A DNA stretch of 64,000 bases from Leidyana gryllorum EB-2025a (taxonomy: Eukaryota; Protista; Apicomplexa). The stretch is from contig JBLWGC010000180.1 of NCBI GenBank assembly GCA_048772705.1, positions 1-64,000 on the forward strand, in the 5' to 3' direction. Each line of letters begins with the position of its first letter. The stretch's first letter is position 1. Below are positions 1-11,215 of the stretch, piece after piece. Below the pieces are notes generated by a model, which saw nothing but the letters and a program-made list of their open reading frames with translations, made no database searches and was not told the DNA's origin. A program made the translations under genes and the position numbers.

Positions 1-3000
1 CACCTCCGAGGGAGCGTACTGGTGCAAGGGCCCGCCGCAGCAGTCTCCCGTCCCTAACAGCATCGAACGGGGTGTCACTCAGTGTCTCAGTCCCAATCAC
101 CACCGTAGATGACGCAGCAAACGTCCCTGCCTCTCATCCAGGTCCCAACTCGTTCCTCCGACGCCAGTCAAGAGTGAGCGCGGTATGCCCGCGCTCTTCC
201 AACTCCCCGTCGATCGCGCGTCCCTCGAAGTCGGCCTCTCGGAATGCCGTAGGTGATGAGGGGGCTCCGCGCCGCCCTTGCTGGAGTACGAGGCGCTCCG
301 AACCGGATGCGTATTCGCCACGTCGCACTCCTGCGGGTCGACCTCGAACCTCCGAGGTGTCGCGAGATCTGCCAACGTGGTCATCTAGTTTTGAGAGTGA
401 CTCGCCATCTGACCGGATGAGACGCCGGCTGTACGAAAGATCTCTGCAAAGTTCTGTCGAGCGAGATCTGCCGGAATCAATTGGAAGGACGGCTACAGCG
501 CATAATGACGCTCCAACGACGATATCTTCTCCGCTCCCTCCACTTCTCGAAGAGGTCCCTCGGCCTCGGATGCAACGCCCGCCTCAATCAACAAGACGAT
601 CTTCCCTCCCTCCACTTCTCGAAGAAGTCCCTCGGCCTCGGAGGCAAGCCAGCAAGCTCACTTCTCGCAAACAGAATCGGAGAACACCGAGGAGAGTGTC
701 CGCGCCAGCCGTCAGAAGTACGCCTCCTCCGCTTCGTGGTCGGTCGACAGTGCGAGACTTGCCACAGCCAGCCGTGAGGCCGTCTCGACGCAGTCTGGAT
801 GAATATCACATGAGCACTCGTCAAGAAATGTCCCGAATGTCTACACGGGCTTCCTCGCTTTGTCCGTCTCCACGCTCTGACCATCCTTCTGGAATCACTG
901 TGGTGAGCGACAACGAGGTAGAAATCGACTTGTTGAGTTCGGAGGAGAACGACTCGGACTCCTCTCCTGAGAGCGAGGTTGACATAGAAATCGACGAAAG
1001 AGAGTCTCACAGTCCTCGGCCGAAGAGACAGCGGCTGTCGAAGCAAGTTGGAGGGTCACGAGAGGTCCCCAGTGGAGGGCGAGTTGGGCGGCGTCAGAGA
1101 TATCGGAGAGCGAACATCGAGACGCTGAGACTGTGGCGCAATTTCTGCAGCCACGAGGTACGAGTAGCTCTCAATGCGAACTTGCCAGACGAGCAACTGC
1201 TGAGTGTGTTAGGACTCAATGAAGATCAGGTACACGACCGAGTCCTCATGCAGCGCTACTTGGGTATGGGGGCATCCATGGTAGATCAGTATCTACTGCA
1301 TGATCTGATGAAGAGGCTCGCTCAGATCCGCACTCAGAAGCAGAGACTCAGATCAGAAGCTCACGGGAGATGCCAAATGGTGGGGCGTTTCACCGGTGGT
1401 TACTACACCAAACATCACATCGAGCTTCGGTCCCTTTTCTCAATGGTGGGATTGCCATGTGCTTTGGTCACCTTCACACTACCGAAGAACGAGAACAAAT
1501 TTGGCCGCGATTATCTTGCAGACTGCAAGTCTCAGCTCGATAGATTATGGGCGGAACTTACGAGTCTCCCGTGGTTAGCTGTGTGTTGGGGGCGGATAGA
1601 ATTTGCGGACGATGTACCACACATTCACACCCTGCTTTGGCGACGTCGCGGTCGGATGGTCGAAGATCTGTCGGACATTGTGTGTTGGCGGTCTCGAAGA
1701 GAGCGTCAACAATATGTCAGACGGGGAACGATGGGCAGACAAGAGTACCAACCCACTGGAGACGACGCTTTGAACGAGGATGGCCTCCTGCACCCAACCG
1801 CGCTAACACAAAGTCTTACCGACTTGGTACCAATTGTTGGGGGTCAAGTACAGCACAGAGGGCGGTTGCCAGTCCTACGTGGTGTGAACTGGGACTTTCG
1901 CCAGCACGTATCGAGGGTCATCTCAGACAGGGGACTCTCCACATATTTGACCAAGAGCCAACCTACATCCTTCTCGGTCTTACTGTGGTCATTTGCAAAC
2001 TGGCCGATCTTCAAAAGTCACAATATTCGCTTCTTCAGTCCTCCATTCCACTGGCCTAACACCAATATTGCCACCAGAAGTCGTTGTTTATTGGACTGTG
2101 CAATTCACACTTTGGATCGGGGTCGGAAAGTGCCCAGTCCCCAAGTTCTGCAGGTGCCGCGGGTGAGACTCTGCAACTTCGATCGGATGTGGGATACAAG
2201 TATCTCAACGGTTCAGCTACTTTGTCCTCAGAATAGCGAAGCGGGAGACATCAGCTGCATCCCCATTGACACTATGCAGTCTGTATTGAGCCGTGCCACT
2301 TATTACATGCAGGGAGAATTTCAGTGTTACTCGACAGAACGCAGCGGGCAACGAAAGTGGGATGAGCGCATGACACAAACAGAGACGGCAGACGCAGCTC
2401 GTCTTCCTGCAGTCTCCGACCTCATATCCAAACTTGGTCCCGCGAAAAGTGCAGTCCTTAGGCTGGAACACTCTGGTGGTCGAGTGGCAGCCGCAGTCGC
2501 TAAATCTATTTTGGCTCACTGTGTCGAGCACCACGCATCAGGTATCATCGCCAGTGATGCTGAGCAGGTGTGTTGTGGCACACTTGCTCTGCCCCTGCAT
2601 GACTTTGCTTTCAGTCGAAATCAACCATCCGCTCACAGTGTTATTCTCGTTCTCGCACACGCGGACGAGGAAAATGAGGGATTCTGGAAATGTCTACGGG
2701 AATCCGTTCCTTCCAAATCGGTGCTCATAGTGCTTTGTTGGGGCGGGAGTGCTTCTTTTCAGCCACAACGTTTCATGCGTCCGCGAGGAAGCTGGGCACA
2801 ATTGGCAATAGAGCCATTGACCATACGTGCCTTACAGGAGCAGCGAATGCCGATTCCCAAACTCATCGCGACAAGAAATGCCTCCGACACCAAAGTTGTT
2901 CACCCAGTGTACTGGCAAACAGTATACCGCTTCACCGCCCCTTTGTACGACCTGCCATGGTGGATATGCCGGCCGCTCGAGATACACCGCGGTCAGCAAG

Positions 3001-3284
3001 TGGTCTTGACCGAAAACATATCGCCCTCAATCGGTCTGAGTTGTGGTACGAAGTTGGAGATATCTGGGTGGGGAGATCGGAACAGTTGTGCAGCCAGCTT
3101 GCCGGGAGCTCAAAAACCCTGGCTTCATCCGTCAGAACTGTGCCATCTCGAAGTCAGAATCCTCTCAACGGGTACGGTCTGTCACTTGAGACGGTCTCAC
3201 AGACGCGGAATGGCCCAATTCCCCATCGTCACCACCCAAGCCGATGTGGAGCGTCTCTTTGAGGGCCCCGATTGCGTCTCTTGA
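1..3284 (+). CDS. Helitron2/Helentron-like Rep (HUH endonuclease) plus degenerate Pif1-like helicase protein; 5' end probably lies outside the window
   Basis: Intronless frame is open from position 3 to TGA 3284. Rep motif 1 GLPCALVTFT (~1449-1478), HUH motif RIEF..PHIHTLLW (~1593-1640), NWDF...YLTK (~1887-1955). Pif1-2B-like LEIHRGQQVVLTENISPSIGLSCGT (~2976-3050) and QFPIV (~3216). Long disordered S/R/P-rich N-terminus. Confidence 0.7.
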   Translation, partial: PPRERTGARARRSSLPSLTASNGVSLSVSVPITTVDDAANVPASHPGPNSFLRRQSRVSAVCPRSSNSPSIARPSKSASRNAVGDEGAPRRPCWSTRRSEPDAYSPRRTPAGRPRTSEVSRDLPTWSSSFESDSPSDRMRRRLYERSLQSSVERDLPESIGRTATAHNDAPTTISSPLPPLLEEVPRPRMQRPPQSTRRSSLPPLLEEVPRPRRQASKLTSRKQNRRTPRRVSAPAVRSTPPPLRGRSTVRDLPQPAVRPSRRSLDEYHMSTRQEMSRMSTRASSLCPSPRSDHPSGITVVSDNEVEIDLLSSEENDSDSSPESEVDIEIDERESHSPRPKRQRLSKQVGGSREVPSGGRVGRRQRYRRANIETLRLWRNFCSHEVRVALNANLPDEQLLSVLGLNEDQVHDRVLMQRYLGMGASMVDQYLLHDLMKRLAQIRTQKQRLRSEAHGRCQMVGRFTGGYYTKHHIELRSLFSMVGLPCALVTFTLPKNENKFGRDYLADCKSQLDRLWAELTSLPWLAVCWGRIEFADDVPHIHTLLWRRRGRMVEDLSDIVCWRSRRERQQYVRRGTMGRQEYQPTGDDALNEDGLLHPTALTQSLTDLVPIVGGQVQHRGRLPVLRGVNWDFRQHVSRVISDRGLSTYLTKSQPTSFSVLLWSFANWPIFKSHNIRFFSPPFHWPNTNIATRSRCLLDCAIHTLDRGRKVPSPQVLQVPRVRLCNFDRMWDTSISTVQLLCPQNSEAGDISCIPIDTMQSVLSRATYYMQGEFQCYSTERSGQRKWDERMTQTETADAARLPAVSDLISKLGPAKSAVLRLEHSGGRVAAAVAKSILAHCVEHHASGIIASDAEQVCCGTLALPLHDFAFSRNQPSAHSVILVLAHADEENEGFWKCLRESVPSKSVLIVLCWGGSASFQPQRFMRPRGSWAQLAIEPLTIRALQEQRMPIPKLIATRNASDTKVVHPVYWQTVYRFTAPLYDLPWWICRPLEIHRGQQVVLTENISPSIGLSCGTKLEISGWGDRNSCAASLPGAQKPWLHPSELCHLEVRILSTGTVCHLRRSHRRGMAQFPIVTTQADVERLFEGPDCVS
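534..642 (+). repeat. 37-bp direct repeat (534-570 and 606-642, 36/37 identical) encoding LPPLLEEVPRPR twice
   Basis: ctccctccacttctcgaagaRgtccctcggcctcgga occurs twice, 72 nt apart. Confidence 0.9.
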
Positions 3285-6200
3285 TCAAGATTCTATGTCA
3301 GGTGTGACCGTCTTAACATGTACAAATGCTTTGCTGATCTCCGCATCGAGTGTCGTCAAGGAGGGCCAAGAATCGATCGCTAGGCCTCTCCGGCTACAGA
3401 TGCTCAAGAGCTGTCGATAGCCCTCACAAACCGCAACTTTCGTGGCTTCCAGCAGCATGGACGCAACATCAGCCGGTGTACTCTCCCATGCCTCGGTTGC
3501 ATTAGACTTGAGTTGCACTGATGGTTTTTCCGACGAGGAGGGCATCTCCACACTCGCATCGGCAGGTTGTGAGAGCTCCTCTAGAGGCACTATGGGATTG
3601 GCATCCTCAACTTCGGTATTCAGCAGGTAGAGGGCCACTCCGTTGGCTATGGAGGGGAGACATTCTCGCAACTTCAACCAGAAGGTTTCTAAATCCAGTT
3701 CACATCCAGCTTTCCAGTGTTCGCTGGCGGCGTCCTCTTGCGCCAATTTGCTGGCGGCCTCCACGAGCGGCATTATGACTGCAACAAGAGTTTCTAAGGA
3801 ACAGAGAACGTCACTTACTCGGCTTCGTTGCCCATCCAATCGCTGTCTCGAACAAAGCGTCGAGACGTCCCTCCAACATTTCTCTCGCATCTAATTCACT
3901 CTCTTGTACCTCGGGTACAATGAAAGCAAAGAATATTCCAGTAATTCCCGGCTTCTCGCCCGCAATCGAGCTGCTGTCGAACAATAGGGAGATCCCCCGT
4001 CGTAGCCGAGAGAAACTCAGCGACCTTGACGAAGTACTGACGTCGAGATCCAGAGCCTCGATACGACCTTTGAGGTACAGTAGGTGTCTGATTCCGAATA
4101 AAGAACCGTGTAATGGGTCGCCCTCCTGAGAGACATTGCAACTAAAGGTATTCTTGATTGGGCTTACATGAGCTTGTACTATCATATTCACGGCCTCCTG
4201 TGTCTTCTCCAAACAGCTGATAATTAATTCCTGCACGAGGCAGTGAGATGCACACCCTGCGGCGCTAAGGGACGTACGTGGGCCAGGATTCGGAGGATGG
4301 ACGGTTGAAGTGCAGAGCGCATCAGCATCAGAGACCTTATGCTCTCCATTATTATTGGATGATATATCGCAGCTCGAGTGGCGGCGGGAGCTTCGAGCAG
4401 AATGCGAGGATAGTCCAGGGATTCCGAGGAGAGGGCGTGAGATCGTACTTGATTGGCAATGAAAGCCTCAGCTCTCACAACCATACGCTCTTGGAGATCC
4501 TTTTGTAGCTGTTTGACAGGTCGAAGTTTATGTCTCTCTATTTCTTGGATCAGAGGCGAGACAACAGACAAAGACGCGGTGCGAACATCGATAACATCTA
4601 TCGCCAGAGCATCGTATATGTCTCTGCATCACAAAGTGATCGTTAACTCTTCGCTCTCGAGCTCTCACCTAATGATCTCCAGATCATAACACGCCAATAC
4701 TTTCCGTCGCGCGATATCATAAAACTCGTTTCCCAGTTGTGTGATGATATAAGTCAAAGTGGCCTGGTGGTGGTCCTGTCGGAGTAATTGTCATGTCTCC
4801 TCACCTTATATGATTGGGTTGGGGGACCAAAGTAGCCTGTGTAGAGATCCACCTCATAATGCGCTATGGACAACCAGAAAGTGGTTATCTGTCGCAGTGC
4901 AATGTCAAGAGTCGTATTTTCCAACTCGTGTCGTCTCAGCAAATGGTGTAGTTGCTCTCTGAACGCCGCAGCAACAAAGCGGAGACGCAGAGAAGCGTAC
5001 ACGCCGTTGAGACCCTCCAGAGTACTACGGATACCGTGAGTTGGAGTCTCGACTCCCAATCGTACCTTCTATAAATCAGCAGACCAGTGGTGCGATCTCT
5101 CTCAGACAACAGCGTAATGATCGGGAGAACGTGAGCTCCGTATGCTCTAAGAGAAGAAATCGCCCGGATTCGGAGATGAAGGCTACATACCTGTATTTGA
5201 TGTAGAACCATCTGGCCGGAAGGAAAGAACTGTGCTCGTCCCCTCCAAGGCCAAAAGGATCTTCAGCTTGCTCTCCATCGTCCCCTGGAGGGCGTGGCAG
5301 ACCTCCAAGTGGCATAGCAACATTAGTAAGGCGACTGACATATCTCTGACGATCTATTGCTGCTTTCAAGTTTCTGCGGGACTTTTCCGCCTGCTGAGCG
5401 AGCGTCCTTTCAGCCTTCTCCATGGTCCGTGACACTATGGCCCGCAAGGAGTTACACACACGTGACCGAAACTTGCTGTAGCGTTGTCGGTAAGCAGACG
5501 CCTGTTGCACTTTGGTCAACACTTCCATAAATGGTCTCGTTACCTCTGGATGAGCTGACATAGTCAATTCCGCTTCAGAAGCATCTAAACTCTCTAATAT
5601 CCGCCCAAAGCCTTTCAGGTCATGTGTAAGGACCTGCACCACCACTGCGTCGTCAAAAGCCTCCAGTCTCTTATACAAGGGCTCATCGGTCAGCAAATAG
5701 GGAGACAGTTGGGCTGCAATCAGAGTTCGCCTTTTCTAATAATGAAGGGCTGTACAGCACGTATACATCGGCGTAGCTCACCTCACTCTCCTGACGGTCT
5801 CCGGCCAAAGAGCGGGTACGGGCTTCCGACTCTGTCAACTTCTTGTTCCCGAGTGCGATGTTGGAGTCCAATTGACTCATGGCCTCTACAAGAGTCTCGT
5901 TCAAACTTTGAGCTTGTCGACCCAAGCTCTCTGTTCTCCAGTACCTGAAAGGGAGAGTGCACGACCAACTCGGCGACAAAGATTGTACCATTCGTATTGG
6001 TTACTTGTGATGCGTAAACTTCTGCTGTACGACGGACTCTCGGCATGAGAGGTGGTCTCCGGTGTCTGTGGCGACGAATGAGTGACGTGAGCAATACGGT
6101 GCACCTTATGATGCTGCAATACAGCGGTGAGCTCCTCATCCGTGAGGAGTTTGCGATCAACTGAATCGGGTCCTTCGCCCAGCAGCACGGCAGAGGCGGC

Positions 6201-6311
6201 ACGAGACCCCCATATAGCCAATTTGGAGACAAAGTAAGAGCGATTAGTGCTCTCGTCAAATCTATGAGGACATTGAGTCAATTCTGCCACGAAGCCATCC
6301 AGGCCGTTCAT
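3285..6311 (-). CDS. COG3: Conserved oligomeric Golgi complex subunit 3 (Sec34), multi-exon
   Basis: SKLAIW..LLTDEE N-terminus; [30 protein letters not shown]; [14 protein letters not shown]; [16 protein letters not shown]; ALYLLNTE. All resemble COG3 blocks across ORF pieces 5901-6311, 5076-5696, 4224-4571, 3811-4236 and 3285-3890. Confidence 0.75.
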
Positions 6312-7374
6312 GCTTTATTTTGGACACTATTCTGCAAATCAGAAAAGTCAAACTCGGGGTGCTGAGCCTTGAAAGTCTCTAAGAGTCGAGCTTGTTCCTG
6401 ATCGGCTGAGGTCGGTAGTCCCATTTGTCGTTGTCTCTGGTCATACATCATCTTTTCGACGGCTTTTCTCGTTTCCGCATCCAAATCAGCCAATGAAGCG
6501 TTCTAGTTATCAGTGTGAATAGCGATCATATGTACCAATTCTCACCTCAGGCTCAACCTTTTGCGTATCAATCTTCGGCTCGCCCTCACAAACACAGTCC
6601 CACCATCCCATGGAATCTGATTTTTCCAAGTTCAACTGAATGAGTGTGCCATCAACGATGGACCACACGCTATCATCCGCATCGACACGGCCTGGCAAGT
6701 TGCCCTCTGAGCACAGAAGAAAGACTGTGTGGCAATCAATTTATCTGGCCCTTACCCAGAATCTTGTTGCCTTTCACCACGACGGAAATAAAGTTGGATT
6801 TGATGACTATCTTGCATTCCCGAGAAGTGACACGTTTGTCAGTGGGAATATTGATCTCCACCCCTTTGAGTGTCTGGGTCCAGTAATATCGGTCAGTCTT
6901 GCCCCCATTTCCCGCATTGGGTTTGATCTTCCCGGCATTGTCTTCGGTGGCATCAGCTTGTTTCTCCCCATCTGCCAGCTTCCGATTTTTCTCAGGAGAC
7001 ACCACCGTCTCGGGCTGTGGAGACTCCACCACTTCTTCAAATCGCGGGGCACTCCTCAGTCTTTCTTGCTCTTCATGGAACTTACGCAGATTCTCACTTT
7101 CGCAATCCGTCGTTTCTGGCGTCTTGTTAGCGGCAGCCTTTCGCTTGGCCTCCTGTTCTCTCTTCTCTTTAGATAGCTTCTCTTGTCTTTCCTTCTGATA
7201 TATCCAGTTCTCTTTGTCGAAAGCCTCGAGTATAAGAGTCTTTCCCTTGTTTGGATCCTCGAAGAAGTCCGTACGCCGACGGAGGAAGCCGAACACTGCT
7301 GTCATGATCCCATCTATGCCCTCCTCCGATGCCTTGCGGAACAACACCTGCTCCACGACGTCCATCGTGCTCAT
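6308..7374 (-). CDS. NUDC: Nuclear migration protein NudC (CS/p23 domain co-chaperone)
   Basis: [11 protein letters not shown]; PNAGNGG..YYWTQTL; [20 protein letters not shown]; [18 protein letters not shown]...HPEFDFS; two short introns. Confidence 0.93.
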
Positions 7375-7389
7375 ACTCTAATTTTTATT

Positions 7390-9064
7390 ATGAGCTTCTG
7401 GAAGGCTCTCCAGCATGAGACTCCTAGTATGCGAAGAGGGCTATGGGGTGGAGGTGTACCAGTCATCCTCGAGCTTATATTGCCGTCTCAATCACTCAAG
7501 CTGCTGGTGATAGTGGCCTTCCAGCAGAAACAGTGTGCATGTGCCTTCTTCAGATTATGGCTCACCGTGTGAACTATCCACTCCAGTTGGTAGTACCTTT
7601 GCTAACTCGTTTGGCTCCTGTATTGGGTTCTGATGATTTAACACTGAATGTCGCTGATGGTATTCAGTGTGAATTCAAGTATCAGCAAGAATCATTCCCT
7701 CCAACGTAAGCTGAACTCCAGCTGCATCGAGCGATATCTCAGAGTACCTATTGGTGTAGCCTTCGATTTGTTGGTGGACCGCGTGCGTTACATCTCGCCT
7801 GTTGATCCCTTGGCCCTAGTTGGGCATTTCAGCAAAGGACTGGATCTCAAAGAGCCCCTTTACTTGAAATGTACCGTATCCACAGAGGCTGTGGAAGCGA
7901 GAGATCTTCTGGCAAATCAGGTTCGCCATGCCACTCAGTGCTGCACGCGATACAATGTAGCTGCAATTACTCGCACGACTGACTCTGCACTCCTGGAAGC
8001 TGGTATAGCATTAAACGGATTGCGCCATTCTGATATCTGAGACAGGGAGCCAGTCTCTGGAGTCAACGGAGTTTCATTGGCATCCAGCGCATGTTTAAAG
8101 GTAGCTTGGGGAGACAGACTGGCCAAAGTATTTGTCCGCGCAGGGCACCTGGAAGCTTTCTACAATGCTTTCTCTATCGGAACAATCTATCAGAGTGACT
8201 ATGAGATCGCGAACGGTTGCTTCAAGTCGCTGGAGGGTTACTTGGACGAGTACTTTGAGCCTCTCTTCATGCGGGGTTTACCAGAAGCAGGCAAGAATCA
8301 CCGGAAGCGGATAACTCGGCCGCTTGAGCCTGAGACTCCAGCTCCGGTGTCGTACGAATCTCAGCGGTTCAAAAACTCCCTGATCCAGGATATTAAAGCG
8401 TGGGGCCTCAATCTTGCAGCTCGAGTAGCTCCCAGAGTTCAACAGAGCAGCGCTCCTGCCGTCCAAAATCCTCGCTCCCCACTCCCGAATTACAGTCCAA
8501 CGACAATCCAGAGCAACCAGCCCTTCATTCCCTCCTCATCCCTACCACAGGCTAAGACTGACACTGCAAGATTGGTCGTTAGATTCCACGTATGGGGTCC
8601 TCCATATCTGCATCGCATCGCCGCGTTCCCCGCAGTAGTTGGTGGTGGGTTTCATGCTGTGGGAAGCACTGCACGATGATCGATGTCAGGCGACCTATGC
8701 ACCATCGGAGACATCATCAGGAGCATTTTCCCTCCGGACATGGCTGAGTGGATAGTGCAAGCTTCTGACTCGCGGAGGTGAGAGAGTCAGCCTCCTCTGT
8801 TAGTTGAAGGTAACGTTGGTCGCTACAGTACCGCAGGGGGCACCGACCAGCAGTGCTGGGTCACAGTGCACGGATTGAATCTCCCCAGTTCTACACCCCT
8901 CGTTTGGTTGTACTGTGGGTCTATCGGTTGGTCCGCCTGCTTGGACTTATGCGTGCGGTGAGCGCCATGACTAAACTAATATGCTAATAGAAATCGTATA
9001 CAGACTTCCGCCTCAGCTCGTTGAAGAGCCCGGAGCAGCTGACAACGCACACAACAAAGGATGA
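7390..9064 (+). CDS. ATG5: Autophagy protein 5-like, multi-exon (start at 7390 or 7429; end at 8961 if the last intron is not spliced)
   Basis: GLWGGGVPV N-terminus, VPIGVAFDLL, and C-terminal VHGLNLPSSTPLVWLY match the ATG5 pattern W.G.IP / YPIG.L.DL / IHGI.....PL.WL. Confidence 0.75.
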
Positions 9065-11188
9065 CGTAGTTGATAGTCCTTCTGTATTTGTATAAGACGG
9101 CTCAGCAGTCGAGGTACCGCGAAAACGACATCCGATGACGCCCTATCGTCGAAGTGAATTATCAAAGGCAGTAGGATGTACGATCACTTACGTGGCCTCA
9201 TCCGTGTTTGCTGAGCATGGAAAGCCGTCAAACTTCCCCGCAGCCTCCACGGCCAGAGCGAAAGCGTCTGGCGTATCTGCCCCGCATAGAAAGCGCAAGA
9301 AAGATCGAGTCCACATTTGATTAGAGTCTTCGGGTGCAACTTCGAAGAGCTCGCCAGTCCATGCGCTGGTGTCAGCCACCCCATACACGAGGTAGAGACA
9401 CATTCCATTCCTGTCTCCAAGCCGATGATTCCACTTGAATAATTCTGTACTCACCGCACGTCTTCCCGGCAAAGCACCCCCTCTCGCAAGGGCATCATTC
9501 CCCAGAGCAAGCTCGCCTGCGAAGGATGCAATCCGCCCTTTTCACATCCGCTGATCCATGCCTCTCTCCCCACGGAAGCTTCCTGCAGAAGCAGTCCAAA
9601 ATCGGCACACACACACAAGTCAGTCCCTTACACCGAACAGTGTGGTCCATGCTTCATCAAAATTGTTTGCTTGTTGTCGCATTCGTAGCGTAAAATCACC
9701 CCAAAGCTGACGAAGAAGTAGACTCCGTCACAATCTGTTCATCACGGAGTAGAAATACCTGTGGAGTTTCCCTTGTGCGTTGGATAAGCTGCAGCGGAGG
9801 GGCAGCCATGTCGAGAACGATTGGAACATTCTCATCATAAATCACATCAATGAAGTTAATGAAACGTCTCAGGGGTTCTTGATCTTGTTCAATGTCAAGT
9901 CTGGGTACGCGATACACCCACATTCCGTGAGAACAGTTGCGAGCCAATGCAATGAAGTCTGCAGGGGCCGAATTGGCACGGCAGAGGTCATCGAAAGAAA
10001 CTACAGCCAAATGCTGATCTGGGTTGTAGTAGTCAACTTTCATGGCCCGATGATGGAATAGTGGCACACTCTGGTCCTGTTGTTCGGCCTCGATCAACTT
10101 CTTGAACCGCAAAGATCCCTCTATCTCCTTAAGGGTCCTGCTTGGTGTGACTACTGTGAACGAGTCGCGTAATTTGCAGTGCGTGTCTTCGGTGATACCA
10201 GTTTCAGCACTTTGCTGTTGTCGGCGAACCATTCGTAGGTCACGTTTCGTATCAATTTGCACTTCCGTGCAGTGTCGCCTTAGAATTGGTAAGAAATCTA
10301 AGAATCTATCTCGATTCAGACCTCCCTGATAAAGGTCATCAATTGGGCAATTCGATGTGCAGATCAGGGCTACTCCGTACTGAAAGAAAGCGCATTCGAC
10401 TTTATACATAATTGGTTCTACAGTCTCACCTGGAACAGTTGGCTGAATAGCCGCTTGCATATCAGAGCGTCGCTGATGTTGGTGATCTGAAACTCGTCCA
10501 ACAGTATAGCATTGAGCCCTTCAGCTACTATCCGTTTTGCTAGTTGCACGACCAAGTCCTTGTCTCCCGTGGCGTTGGAAGCGAAACCCGTCTTCGCCTC
10601 AACGCCCTCTGCCTCTAAACTCTTCAGCCGGTCGATGGCAACTTTGAGCGGGACTCTTGGTACATTTGTGTCAATCTGCTGTTGCTCCTCATACAAAGCT
10701 TGGTGAACTGCCATCATAAAGTGATGATAGTGACAACGAAGCACCCCTTCGCTTGCCGATTCGAACCCATTCGCGGGATCCGCCAAATACTCATTTAACA
10801 AATCTAGAAGTACCGTCTTTCCCTGGCCCACTGGACCGTATAAGTAGGCTCCCTTGTTCCGCACATGAATAAGATCTGAGGGCGGAGGCGTTTGCTGACG
10901 CTCCATGCGGAATAGATACGATATTCCTCTAGTGAAAGGAGGAGCTCGAGCCTCTTTCTGTGCCACATTGTTCAACTCTCGAGCAAGAACATTACGGGCT
11001 TCCTCAAACGCTGGCCGATTCACTTGCAGGTCACTCAGAATGCGCCCCAATTCCCGCACTGCAACCAGTTGCGCGTCCGCCGGCAGGAATTGCTGCTTTG
11101 CTGCGTATGAGGAGAAGTGTTGTTCGAAGCTCCGGGATAAGTAGCGACATGCTCCCCCCAAAAAGCGCTGGCTCCAGCACAGACTCAT
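9013..11188 (-). CDS. AFG1/ZapE (LACE1) family AAA ATPase, multi-exon
   Basis: KGAYLYGPVGQGKT Walker A; LLDEFQITNISDA; CTSN..DDLYQGGLNRDRF; RRFINFIDVIYD; last exon FAVPRLLSRL. Confidence 0.9.
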
Positions 11189-11215
11189 GTGTAAATTTCG
11201 TATGCTCTACTATAA

